A DNA stretch of 37,475 bases, from positions 1 to 37,475 of the forward strand of contig JAPDJF010000036.1 of the NCBI GenBank assembly GCA_029259185.1, in the 5' to 3' direction. A model generated the notes under the pieces. It was not told the origin of the DNA. It worked only from the letters and a program-made list of their open reading frames with translations, and did not search any database. Below, piece after piece: positions 17,495 to 27,142 of the stretch. The first letter of the stretch is position 1. Every line of letters starts with the position of its first letter. This DNA comes from Hadesarchaea archaeon (GTDB taxonomy: Archaea; Hadarchaeota; Hadarchaeia; Hadarchaeales; WYZ-LMO6). Made by a program: the position numbers and the translations under genes.

Positions 17495-18247
17495 TCAAGT
17501 CAAGTCGCCACAAGTGCAGAATACCTCGTGAACAACATCGTAAAGTTCCCTCATCCCCGCCCCCGTTTTGGCACTCGTCCGCACCACTCTGGCCGGAGGA
17601 AGGAGTTGGACGAGTACTTCCGAGAGTTTCAACGTGAGCTCTGCGCCCACACCTCCGTCCTTCAGCTCATGCTCCGAAAGCTTGCCCGTGAGAATTTCAT
17701 CCACCTCAGGCCCCCGGTCGCCCATCAAGTCTATTTTGTTGAGAACACAGACGACGGGAGTACCCAGTCTCAGCCAAGTGGAGAGTCCCAACAGTCTCGT
17801 CAACACCATTCCGGCCGGTTCTTTCACCACTTCTGCATCCATCAAGAACAGGGAGACCGTAGTACCATCCATCGCCTCGATGAACTCAGGACCCCCATGG
17901 AAGAGGAACACCTCGAGCTGGCCAGGGGTGTCTATGAGTCTGATATCGCCTCCGGCCTCCCTCATTCTCCGGGAGAACTCCACTGCCCTCTGATGGAAGA
18001 GTTCTGCCGCGCGAACCATCGCTCCGTTGGGCCCGAGCCCATACTCATGCATGAGCTGGGAAAGCGTGAAATATTTCCGAACATCGAAATCGGGTTTGAA
18101 CGGAACCCGCTCACAGCCGGGATCGAGGTTCACATACGCTATGCCCCGGTCCGTATTTTGCTCTATCCATTCACCGAAGGTCTTGACGAGACTGCTCTTA
18201 CCAGCCCCTGCTGTACCAAGCAGAAGGATGTTGAGCGGATAGATCAT
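17495..18247 (-). CDS. GPN-loop GTPase
   Basis: GTAGAGKS, NLDPG, GLGPNGA, DTPGQLE, NKID, SAKTG. Confidence 0.93.
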   Translation of the reverse strand: MIYPLNILLLGTAGAGKSSLVKTFGEWIEQNTDRGIAYVNLDPGCERVPFKPDFDVRKYFTLSQLMHEYGLGPNGAMVRAAELFHQRAVEFSRRMREAGGDIRLIDTPGQLEVFLFHGGPEFIEAMDGTTVSLFLMDAEVVKEPAGMVLTRLLGLSTWLRLGTPVVCVLNKIDLMGDRGPEVDEILTGKLSEHELKDGGVGAELTLKLSEVLVQLLPPARVVRTSAKTGAGMRELYDVVHEVFCTCGDLT

Positions 18248-18295
18248 TGTTCACCCCCACTCTGGAGGATATAGCTAATCAAGTTTTTTTATCCC

Positions 18296-18595
18296 TTGTT
18301 GAGAAAAAAATCTGGTGAAACCCTGTACGAACTGGTTTTCACAGTCAAAGAGATGCAAAAGGATTGCCCAGCGGGACTCAAGGTCGGTGACAAACTCGTG
18401 TATCGGGAGCCCAACGTGATCTTGGAAGATACGGACAAAATATGTGTATTCGCTCTGGGTTCCATACTCCCGTACATTTCGGCCCTCGTGAGAGAAAGCA
18501 GGGAAGAGGGGGACTGGATTCCCAAAAAGGAAGAGATAATTTGTCCAGACCCCTCGGTCAGAGTTGTCTTCAAGATAACTAGGAGGAAAGTCTGA
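18296..18595 (+). CDS. TIGR04076-like Cys-containing small protein
   Basis: CPAGLKVGD...ICVFAL...CPDP...VVFKI pattern. Confidence 0.75.
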   Translation: MLRKKSGETLYELVFTVKEMQKDCPAGLKVGDKLVYREPNVILEDTDKICVFALGSILPYISALVRESREEGDWIPKKEEIICPDPSVRVVFKITRRKV

Positions 18596-18601
18596 CCCCC
18601 T

Positions 18602-19075
18602 ATGGCTCTATACATAGTCCAACACGCGGAAGCGAAAAGGGAGGAAGAGGATCCATCAAGACCCCTCTCACCGAAAGGCAAGAGGGATGCGGAGAAGATC
18701 GCGAGTTATCTCGGGAGGTTGGGTCTCCGTCTTGACAAAGTGGTGCACAGTCAAAAACTCCGTGCCAAACAGACCGCAGAAATTTTGGCTTCCCGATTGG
18801 GGGTGAGAGAAGTTGTTGAGGACGTGAACCTATCACCGAATGCTGATCCAAAAATTTGGGAAGACCGTATCTCGAAAGAAACCGGAGATATCATGGTAGT
18901 AGGGCATCTCCCCCATTTGGCTAGGCTCACCGGGCGTCTGCTGTGTAACGACGAAAACCGCTCACCCATAGCCTTTCAGATGGGGGGAGTGGTATGCTTG
19001 GAGAAAGACGAGAGCGGAAGATGGGTTCTGAAATGGATGCTGATTCCTCAACTCCTCACCACCACTGAGAGGTGA
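18602..19075 (+). CDS. sixA: Phosphohistidine phosphatase SixA
   Basis: QHAEA, RPLS.KG, HS.KLRAKQTA, VGHLPHL. Confidence 0.9.
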   Translation: MALYIVQHAEAKREEEDPSRPLSPKGKRDAEKIASYLGRLGLRLDKVVHSQKLRAKQTAEILASRLGVREVVEDVNLSPNADPKIWEDRISKETGDIMVVGHLPHLARLTGRLLCNDENRSPIAFQMGGVVCLEKDESGRWVLKWMLIPQLLTTTER

Positions 19076-19310
19076 TGGAAAACCATGAACGAAAGACACT
19101 CACGGATTCTTAAATCCCTCCAAGCAATAGTTGGGGGTACTCCATGTATGGACATCTCAGCAAGCATTCCCCGCAGAAGTCACATTTAGAGCGATCCCAC
19201 AACGAAAGCATTCCGCTACTCAGAATTAATATTTGGTTCCATCCATCTACCACCGGATGAAAAATATAAATTGGAAAATGATGAAACGGATTGTTTCAAA
19301 GGAGCCTCGT

Positions 19311-20255
19311 ATGAAGGAGCTTAACTTAAAAAAACTGGTAGAGGATCTGAGGAATTTCAAACCACTCATCCGAAAGTCATCTATATCGGAACTCATGCAG
19401 ATAGTCAAAACCGATTCTCTTGAAGATGCGGGCTTTATAAGAATCGGAAGAAGGGTAATCGTTCTTTCCTGTGACGGGATAATGGAATGGATAGTTAAAA
19501 AATTCCCAAGGGCAGCGGGATACTACTCGGTTCTAGCCAACGTTCAAGATGTTGTTTGTAAAGGAGGGAGACCTGTGGGATTCCTCTACGTGATCTCTTC
19601 CCCCTCGGTCGAGAAGAGAAAAAAGATAGCCGAGGGAATAAAAGAGGGATTGGAGAAATTTGACATAAAGTTCCTGAAAGCCCACACCCATCCCGATACG
19701 AGCTATCACTCGATCGACGGGATGTGCGTGGGTTTGGCCAAAAAAGTGCTCAGAAGCAATACCGCAGAGTCAGGAGACCACCTCCTCCTCGCGGTGGACC
19801 TCAAGGGAACTTTCACCAAGGGGAGGATCCTAAACGCCTTCGAATCAACCTCGCAAAGAACCAACGAGGAGATAAGAAGACAGATAGAAGGTATGGCCAA
19901 AGTGGCTGAGAGAGAACTCGCGTCGGCGGCGAAAGATGTGAGTGCTCCAGGCATAGTGGGAACTACCGCTATGCTCTGCGAGTATAGTAGGGTCGGTGCA
20001 TTAATCGACCTGAAGAAGATACCAATTCCTCCCGGAATGGATCTCCGGGAATGGCTCCTCACCTACCCCAGCACTTGCTACGTCTTAAGCACCAAAAAGC
20101 CAGAGGAATGCTCGAGAACGCTATCAAAGTACGGACTCCACACAGCCGTGATAGGGAGAATAATCCCTGAGAAGAAAGTCGTTCTCAAGTCCGGGAAAAG
20201 GTGGGAAATTTTCATGGACCTGAACAAAGAATCTATCTTCGGATTTCGAAAATAA
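19311..20255 (+). CDS. AIR synthase-related protein (sll0787 / methanogenesis marker 2-like)
   Basis: EDAG, SCDGI, AGYYSVLANVQD...GGRP, HTHPD, AKDVSAPG. ATG 19311 follows an AAGGAG RBS. Confidence 0.85.
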   Translation: MKELNLKKLVEDLRNFKPLIRKSSISELMQIVKTDSLEDAGFIRIGRRVIVLSCDGIMEWIVKKFPRAAGYYSVLANVQDVVCKGGRPVGFLYVISSPSVEKRKKIAEGIKEGLEKFDIKFLKAHTHPDTSYHSIDGMCVGLAKKVLRSNTAESGDHLLLAVDLKGTFTKGRILNAFESTSQRTNEEIRRQIEGMAKVAERELASAAKDVSAPGIVGTTAMLCEYSRVGALIDLKKIPIPPGMDLREWLLTYPSTCYVLSTKKPEECSRTLSKYGLHTAVIGRIIPEKKVVLKSGKRWEIFMDLNKESIFGFRK

Positions 20256-20256
20256 C

Positions 20257-20994
20257 CTATAGTTCCAACCCGAACACCTTTATCGCGTTTTCGGTGGTTC
20301 TCTCCGCTACTTCCTTTTCGTCGAGATTCTTGATCTCAGAAACTGCTTTTAGGGATCTCAGCACATCCTTGGGTCTGGACTCTACACCCCTATACTTCAC
20401 GGGAGAATCCGTCTCAAGCAACACCCGATCTAACGGACACTCCTTAATAGCCGATATGTGGGGGACACTGTATTCCGCCGCCGGAGTTGCAGAGATATAG
20501 TGTCCCTCCTCAAGCACCTCTTGGAGAATCTCCAGAGGACCCGTGTACCAGTGGAACACAGAAGGGGGAATGTTTTCCCCTTTCAAGCTCTCTAACGTTT
20601 CCATCCAAGCCCACCTAGAGTGGACGATGAGGGGCTTCTTGAATCTAGATGCTAGACTCACCACTTCCTCGAACGCTTCCAACTGGAGTCTTTTCGGCTT
20701 AGGGATCTTGAAATCCATACCCACCTCTCCAAGAGCTACGCACTCCTCCACATGCTCCCTCACGAATTCTAGGACCTCCCTGAAGTTCTCATCCAAACAC
20801 CAAGGGTGCAGACCCAATGCTGGAAAAACGAGTCCCGGATAGGTCTCACCCAAACTCAAGACCCGCTCATTGGAATCCTTATCCATACCCACCGCTATGA
20901 CACCGATCACCCCTGCCTCTCTAGCTTCATCCAGTGCTCGCTCAAGATCCGAGATCTCCTCTAAGTGGGAATGGGAATCTATCAGCCGAAACAC
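20257..20994 (-). CDS. tatD: TatD family hydrolase
   Basis: IDSHSHL, GLHPW, GEVGMD, VHSR, FHWY, LETDSP. Confidence 0.93.
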   Translation of the reverse strand: MFRLIDSHSHLEEISDLERALDEAREAGVIGVIAVGMDKDSNERVLSLGETYPGLVFPALGLHPWCLDENFREVLEFVREHVEECVALGEVGMDFKIPKPKRLQLEAFEEVVSLASRFKKPLIVHSRWAWMETLESLKGENIPPSVFHWYTGPLEILQEVLEEGHYISATPAAEYSVPHISAIKECPLDRVLLETDSPVKYRGVESRPKDVLRSLKAVSEIKNLDEKEVAERTTENAIKVFGLEL

Positions 20995-21051
20995 GTCTGA
21001 TGTACTCGAAAAAAATTAAAAAATTGTTGGGGAAAAACGAGGTCTTTCACC

Positions 21052-22260
21052 CTAAGATGAACTCAACCCATATTTTTCAGCTATTTCGAAGAACGCATCT
21101 CTTACCTTTCTTATCTTCTCCCAGTCCAAACCATAGGTGTTGAGCTTGAAGTGTTTGGATAACCCGGGTTGGATGCCTACGATGCCTCGTTCTCGTAGCT
21201 CCTCGTAAAGAAAGTATCCCCTTCGCTTGTGGGTTTGGGATACCCTGTAAAATCCATCCGATTCGAAGTGGATCAGCGTGTGTTGCTTTGGCTTAGTACC
21301 GAGTTGTTTCATGCCTTCGATCCGCTCAAGCTCTTCAACCAAAAACCTTGCTTTTTCCACCTCTTCTTGCCACCGTTCAACTCGTTTGACCACGTAGGGA
21401 AATGATGCCATCAGCGATAAGAGAGGTGCACCCATCACCGTACATCCGAGCAAAGCGTACTCCTTAAGTCCAAATTTGCGTTTGCTCCAATCTCCCGTTA
21501 TCTTAGATCTCGCCAGCACCCGGTCGGCTAATTCCTCCTTAAGTGCCAAGATCCCAGTCGGTGCACTCGCCGCCCAACTCTTGTGTCCACTGCTCACGAG
21601 AATATCCACACCGAGTTCTTTGCAGTTTATGGGCATTATCCCCGCAGTATAAGCGGCATTCAATAGAAAGGGCACGCCGTATTCCTTACATATCTTTCCC
21701 ACAATTCGTGCATCGTTGAGATTCCCGTACAGATAGTCAACATGGGTTAGAAGCACGACTGCTGGAAGCTTGCCCGTTTCTCTTTTGACCTCTTCTATTT
21801 TTTCAGCATATGCGCTGAGATCCACCTTGAACTCCGGGTAGCCGGTGTGGGGAACCTCCTTAATCCTCAGACGGGCTAGCTCTGCGGCGAGGTAGCTCGA
21901 ATAGTGAGAAAGACCGTCTAAAACCACATAATCACCGGGCTCCCCCAGGGTTGTGAATGCTATGAACTTCGCCTCCCTGCAACGGGTCACAACTCTCGCG
22001 ACATCCATTCCCAAGAACTCTGCTAGATCTCTCATGAATTGAGCTATGGGGGGACGTTCAACCGCATCGAGTCTAGGGGTTTTGGGGGGACACCAATCAC
22101 AGGTGGAGTATCCATCGCCAAACTCGAGCAGTACCTTCCGTGCGGCGTCTGTGAGCACTCCCCCACGCTGGATGGGGTGAAGGTTGATATATTTCTCCTC
22201 TTTAAACTCGCGTCGGAGATGAAGATATCGTTCGAGTCTCTCATTCGGAATTCTTAACAT
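21052..22260 (-). CDS. pscS: O-phosphoseryl-tRNA:Cys-tRNA synthase (SepCysS)
   Basis: INLHPIQRGG, DGYSTCDWC, HVDYLYGN, NAAY, SGHKSW (PLP lysine), LLGCT, GIQPGL. Start ATG 22260. Confidence 0.93.
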   Translation of the reverse strand: MLRIPNERLERYLHLRREFKEEKYINLHPIQRGGVLTDAARKVLLEFGDGYSTCDWCPPKTPRLDAVERPPIAQFMRDLAEFLGMDVARVVTRCREAKFIAFTTLGEPGDYVVLDGLSHYSSYLAAELARLRIKEVPHTGYPEFKVDLSAYAEKIEEVKRETGKLPAVVLLTHVDYLYGNLNDARIVGKICKEYGVPFLLNAAYTAGIMPINCKELGVDILVSSGHKSWAASAPTGILALKEELADRVLARSKITGDWSKRKFGLKEYALLGCTVMGAPLLSLMASFPYVVKRVERWQEEVEKARFLVEELERIEGMKQLGTKPKQHTLIHFESDGFYRVSQTHKRRGYFLYEELRERGIVGIQPGLSKHFKLNTYGLDWEKIRKVRDAFFEIAEKYGLSSS

Positions 22261-22262
22261 GC

Positions 22263-23039
22263 TCACATCTCCTTTCTCCTTCTGCACACAGGACAGTTAA
22301 GATTTCGTTCGAGCTTTATTTCGTCAAAGCTCATATCCTTACCATTGAAAACGAGCATCCGTCCCACCAAAGGCTTGCCTATCTTCGTAATGAGCTTGAT
22401 CGCTTCCATCGCTTGAAGACAACCCATTACCCCTGGCGTCGCACCGAGTACGGGGAAAACCGGTCGGGTGGGTGGCTCCTTGGGTATAAAACATCTGAGA
22501 CATGGGGACTTACCAGGTACAATCGTCACAAGCTGCCCCACCAATCCTTCAACCGCAGCATGAATGAAGGGTATACCGAGCCGCACGCAAGCCTCGTTCA
22601 GCAAGAACCTAGTAGGGTAGTTATCCATTCCATCGATGACGATGTCCGCCCCCCTAAGGAGTTCATCCACGTTCTCACGAGTTATCCTTTTTTGTTCACC
22701 CTCGACCTTAACGTTCGGATTGATCGCACGTAATTTTTCAACAGCCGATTCGATCTTGGAGCGATCGATATCTGCCTCCCAGTGTAGTACTTGACGATTG
22801 AGGTTCGTCAGCTCCACCAGCTGCTCATCGATTATCCTTAAGTATCCAACACCCGCTACGGTGAGATATATGGAAGATGAACTTCCCAACCCACCTACTC
22901 CCGCTACCACCACGCGAGCCCTCTTCAGCTTAAGCTGTGCTTGTTTACCAAAACTAGGAATGATCATCTGTCGGTTGTAACGTTTAAGTTCCGCTGGCTT
23001 CAGTGTGGCAACATGAAGCTTTTTTTTCATGACGGACAT
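22263..23039 (-). CDS. ThiF/MoeB/UbaA E1-like activating enzyme
   Basis: RYNRQM, GVGGLG, NLNRQ, DNYPTR, PCLRC, CPVC. Confidence 0.93.
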   Translation of the reverse strand: MSVMKKKLHVATLKPAELKRYNRQMIIPSFGKQAQLKLKRARVVVAGVGGLGSSSSIYLTVAGVGYLRIIDEQLVELTNLNRQVLHWEADIDRSKIESAVEKLRAINPNVKVEGEQKRITRENVDELLRGADIVIDGMDNYPTRFLLNEACVRLGIPFIHAAVEGLVGQLVTIVPGKSPCLRCFIPKEPPTRPVFPVLGATPGVMGCLQAMEAIKLITKIGKPLVGRMLVFNGKDMSFDEIKLERNLNCPVCRRRKEM

Positions 23040-23905
23040 TCACCCCCTGTTTTATTCCATTTTACGAAAGAGGGAATGGAGGTCTTTCCCCCCTCGACTG
23101 CCAACAGTTTCCCTCTCTTCAAAACAATCTTTTCTTGGATCCTTAAGATCATTTCCCCAAATCCGGTCAAAGCATAAGCTGGAATGTTCTTTCCGAAAAT
23201 CGCCCTAGCCCTGGGACCGATCGATTTCCTCACCACTCTGGATGCACATGCGTACACGATATCCGCTTTTTCGATGAATGGAATCAAATTCTCTTTCACT
23301 CCCGTGGTATGGATCACGAGTATGAGGAAAGCTGCCCCACTCTCCCCTTCGAGTCCCCTCATCGCTGGGATCAATCCAGCATCAGAACCCATAACCGTCA
23401 CACCGATTTTAGTATATCCGGCCGCCAAAGCCTCCTCAACCCCCTTGAGCTGATTTATTTCAGCGGTGGAGGGGTCCAACACCCTCGCTTCTCTCTCCAT
23501 GAGTTTTTCTATTACCGCTGGAATGGGTGTAGTCTCAATGAGTGCACTCATTACCATACCACTCCCCTGGACAACCGATGGTTCCTCTGATGATGGTACC
23601 AGCTCCATCACACATCGTTACGGCCGCTTCGATGAGCCCTTCCTTTAGAGCCGTTGCCAGACATTCAGAGGCTCCGAACCCAACGCCGAAGCTCTCCATC
23701 TCCACGAGTCTTCGAGAAGTACACAATCCAAAGAGCGCGATTCTCCGCTCCATAGACTTTCTAACACTCTCCACGGTTTGCTATCTACCCGCATGCTCGA
23801 AAAGAATATCGGGCAGAACTTAGTTTTGGGTTCCTCAACCGAGATGACTCCCCCTCCGCTGACAATGATTCTCGCTTTTGCTACCTCCCACACATGTCTA
23901 TCCAT
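23027..23905 (-). pseudogene. Methanogenesis marker protein 8 (DUF2099)-like, two frameshifts
   Basis: Three frames concatenate: MDRHVWE...EPKTKFCP / RI..FGLCT..R...FGASE...CDGAGT / VQG...TTPIP.VIE...INQLKGVEEA...HTTG...ACAS. Shifts fall near 23795 and 23588. Confidence 0.8.
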
Positions 23906-24097
23906 GCCTCTCCACATTCGATGATACAAAAAGCTGTAGATGCTAAGAGGGAATATCCACAAGGAGCTGAGCACAATGTGCACAACGCATACCTTCTATT
24001 TCAAGAACTATTTCTTCAGCGATCTCTCCCACTTGATCTCCGCTTTCTTGATATAACAGCGTTAAAATTTAAAAGGTTTCTTTTTAACAGTTCAACG

Positions 24098-24316
24098 ATG
24101 GTCAAGGTCAGATTTTTCGCCCCTCTAGAGAACTCGCGAAGAGAATCAGAGGTGAGAAACATGTGTTCTCCCCTGAGGATTCCCCCTGAACGTGGAAGAA
24201 AACCCCGAGAGGAACCCTCCCTAATGCCTGAAAAGAAAATCAAGTGGTTTCAAAATCTGGATACAATAGATGGACGAGGATACTGTATCGATCCTTCCCC
24301 AGTTGGTGGTGGATAA
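24098..24316 (+). pseudogene. Degenerate MoaD/SAMP1-like ubiquitin-like gene
   Basis: Starts MVKVRFFA and ends PVGGG*. The expected internal motifs (LRELA, DEDTVSILP) appear in shifted frames. Confidence 0.65.
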
Positions 24317-24317
24317 A

Positions 24318-24524
24318 ATGAAAGTCAAGGTCCGAGTACTCGATGATCTTGAAGAGAAAGAAGTGGAATTGCCCGAGCGTTCCAAAGTTAGAACACTTCT
24401 ACTCGAACTCAAATTGAGAGAGGAAGGAATAGTCGTTATTCGAGATAGAAAGATCCTGAGGAAAGAAGAGAGCCTGCAAGATGGTGACAGGATCAGGATC
24501 TTACCTATCGCGATCGGGGGATGA
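24318..24524 (+). CDS. ThiS/SAMP2-like ubiquitin-like sulfur carrier
   Basis: 68-aa beta-grasp pattern MKVKV...LQDGDRIRILPIAIGG with C-terminal Gly-Gly. Confidence 0.88.
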   Translation: MKVKVRVLDDLEEKEVELPERSKVRTLLLELKLREEGIVVIRDRKILRKEESLQDGDRIRILPIAIGG

Positions 24525-24827
24525 AGTTGCACTTTCATTTTCCGGTATAAATTTTTTGTTCCTGCTCTCGAAGGAGCTTGCCGATCTCTCGGATGGGTTT
24601 AATCGTGCCGATTTCGTCGTTGACGTTGGCCAAAAGGAGAATGCTCGCGGGTAAGAAAGACCCTCGGTCAAATTTGTCTGAGGGTAAAGCCGTTGAACGA
24701 GTAGCTAAACGAATTGGAATTTCTTATGGTCTTTTTCAGCAGGTGCTCTGACTCCTCGATGGCTCGCTTGTAGACGATGGCGTTGTAAACGGTTCTGGGA
24801 GAAATTTTCATTTCATCGGCGACATAC

Positions 24828-24856
24828 CCAATAACTGCAAAATTTGCAGTTATTGG
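24828..24856. repeat. Perfect 14-bp inverted repeat
   Basis: CCAATAACTGCAAA-A-TTTGCAGTTATTGG. Confidence 0.85.
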
Positions 24857-25042
24857 TTTCAGAAAAAGGATATAATTGAAGACGTCTCAGCCGAAATCAG
24901 GGCCGTTATTTCCAAAGTGAAAGCCAAAAGTATTTTGACTTCCGTTTGGTTGGTACAAAATATTTGAATTCAGAAGCAAGGGACACCCACTCGCGATTCT
25001 CAGTAAAACCGTACCAAATAACCGTTTTAAATAAATTCTCGA

Positions 25043-25372
25043 TCACGCTCTTCCATGACTAATTTTTTCTTTTTTTATCCTAGTACAGATATGACAATAC
25101 ATCCGGAGTATCTGTTCTCCCTCAACTTTTCCACTGGCTATTGCATCTGATAGCTCTCTCAAAGGTTTTTTCACCCCCCACTTTCTGATCGTCCTAATGT
25201 ATCCTGAACCTCGCAACTCGTTCAGATATTGGCTTACCGCAGGCTGGGTAATACCAAGCTTTTTCGCAACCTCGGCCTGGGTAAGCTTGTGACGCTTAAC
25301 GAGATCCCTCACGAGCATCGCCCTAAGAGCCGGAAGGACGTGTTTAGTGACGATTTCACAAGGTGGTCTCAT
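25043..25372 (-). CDS. HTH transcriptional regulator (COG2522-like)
   Basis: MRPPCE...LPALRA, LTQAEVAKKLGITQPAVSQYL...RG, C-terminal CxxC. Confidence 0.87.
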   Translation of the reverse strand: MRPPCEIVTKHVLPALRAMLVRDLVKRHKLTQAEVAKKLGITQPAVSQYLNELRGSGYIRTIRKWGVKKPLRELSDAIASGKVEGEQILRMYCHICTRIKKEKISHGRA

Positions 25373-25525
25373 CCTAGTCCCATAACAATGTTAACTTTTA
25401 CTTAAAAAATCTAGGATACCCAATAGACCATCGAATCTACCTACCACAAGTTTTGAGTTCCTCTATCTCTCTCAAATCTGACTTTAGATAACCGATTTAT
25501 TGTCTCTGGATAATATCTGGTCTGA

Positions 25526-26728
25526 ATGACGAAGGGTGTTGACGAGGTTCGCGCTGAAATCCCATTCCTGCAAACCGGAATCATTTATTTAGATAGTGCC
25601 GCAACGACGCCAACACCGCGACCGGTTATCGATGCCATGCTCGAGTATTTCCATGAGTTCAGCGCGAACGTTGGAAGGGGTCTACACTGTGCCACCAAAA
25701 TGGCAACTGAAGCATTTGAAGCTACTCGAGAGAAGATAGCCAAAATCATCCACGCAAAACCCAAAGAAATAGCTTACACCAAAAACACGACCGAAGCGAT
25801 AAACATCATCGCCCAAGGACTGAAGTGGCGGAAGAACGATAAGATAATAACCACGATCCTAGAGCACCATAGCAACCTCCTTCCTTGGCAACGTTTAAAG
25901 CAAAAGGGGATCGAACTCGAAGTGATTAAACCACTTACGAAGGAATGTTTGATAGACCCGGCTACGGTAGAGGCGACGATCGATGCTAAAACCCGTTTGA
26001 TCGCAATCCATCACGTTTCCAATGCTGTAGGGAGTATCCAACCAGTAGAAGAAATAGGAAAAATAGCAAGAGATAATGGGATAATCTTCCTAATCGATGC
26101 CGCCCAGTCGGTGGGGCACATGCCTGTTGATGTCCGAAAACTCAAATGTGACTTTCTAGCTGCACCGGGTCACAAGGGGCTGTTAGGGCCCCAGGGTACG
26201 GGTTTCCTCTACGCACGGGAGGATCGATGGAACGAACTCGAACCGTTATTGGTAGGCGGGGGAATAGTAAAGGATGTAGACATCCTCCATCACGAACTCG
26301 TTGATCCCCCCCAACTTTTCGACGCCGGAACACCAAACATCCCTGGTATAATCGGTCTCGGTCGTGCGTGTGAGTATGTGGCGGAGATAGGTATAGAGCG
26401 GATTGCCAAGCGTGAAAGGATGTTGACCAGACGGATCTTAAAAATTTTAGATATCGAGAATGTAGAAGTCTATGGCCCCCGTCATGTCAACCGGAGGGGA
26501 GGAGTCATTAGCTTTAACGTCAAAGGATTAAACCCACACGACGTAGCATCGATGTTAGACGAACTCAAGAGGATAGCCGTCCGCTCTGGCCATCATTGCG
26601 CCCAGCCCACCATGCGGTACCTCGGTGTCCAAGGAACGGTGCGAGCTTCGGTGCACTACTTCAACACAGAAGATGAAGTGGATAAATTCGTAACAACTAT
26701 CGAACAAATAGCGGGAGAATTCGGTTAG
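25526..26728 (+). CDS. sufS: Cysteine desulfurase, SufS/group II
   Basis: YLDSAATT, EHHSNLLPW, DAAQS, GHKGLLGP.G, AGTP, RSGHHCAQP. Confidence 0.9.
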   Translation: MTKGVDEVRAEIPFLQTGIIYLDSAATTPTPRPVIDAMLEYFHEFSANVGRGLHCATKMATEAFEATREKIAKIIHAKPKEIAYTKNTTEAINIIAQGLKWRKNDKIITTILEHHSNLLPWQRLKQKGIELEVIKPLTKECLIDPATVEATIDAKTRLIAIHHVSNAVGSIQPVEEIGKIARDNGIIFLIDAAQSVGHMPVDVRKLKCDFLAAPGHKGLLGPQGTGFLYAREDRWNELEPLLVGGGIVKDVDILHHELVDPPQLFDAGTPNIPGIIGLGRACEYVAEIGIERIAKRERMLTRRILKILDIENVEVYGPRHVNRRGGVISFNVKGLNPHDVASMLDELKRIAVRSGHHCAQPTMRYLGVQGTVRASVHYFNTEDEVDKFVTTIEQIAGEFG

Positions 26729-26737
26729 TAACTCTCT

Positions 26738-27142
26738 TTACAGTTTAGACGATATCCGAAGAGCGCGGACTGGGCACATAGATACACAGACCTCACAACA
26801 TATGCACTTTTCCTCATTCAACTCCAACGAGAAATCCTGATTCAACCGAAGAGCTTTAGTCGGACACACCGAGATACAAGCCCCACAGTCAAAGCACAGC
26901 TCCCTGTCCAGCTCAATAGTCCTCTCCGTTTCCCATACCTCTACCCCCTTCTCTCTAAAGAGGGTGAGAATCCTGTCCATTTCGGCCTCTGAGGCGTCGA
27001 AAGATATCAAAATCTCCCCCCCCTTCCCCGTGATATTCGCATACAAAATATTGACGAGCAAGCCACTCTCTTTGATGACCGAAGCTAGTATTGGCTCTTC
27101 GGCCTTCTGTGATGAGTACCTTATAAACACCTTTCTTTTCAC
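26738..27142 (-). CDS. NIL domain + 2x[4Fe-4S] ferredoxin (MA1822-like partner of homocysteine synthesis)
   Basis: NILYA motif, CxxCxxCxxxCP twice, overlapping the DUF39-CBS gene. Confidence 0.9.
   Translation of the reverse strand: MKRKVFIRYSSQKAEEPILASVIKESGLLVNILYANITGKGGEILISFDASEAEMDRILTLFREKGVEVWETERTIELDRELCFDCGACISVCPTKALRLNQDFSLELNEEKCICCEVCVSMCPVRALRISSKL

Noticed and set aside
17528-18274. 248-aa plus-strand ORF
   Set aside because: Antisense to the clear GPN-loop GTPase.
23027-23905. Programmed frameshifting or recoding of marker 8
   Set aside because: Two separate shifts with no evident slippery heptamers, next to another decayed gene. Pseudogenisation or sequence error is simpler.
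23894-24097. Upstream part of the 140-aa ORF ending in VGGG
   Set aside because: It spans the divergent AT-rich promoter region. The ubiquitin-like sequence begins at ATG 24098.
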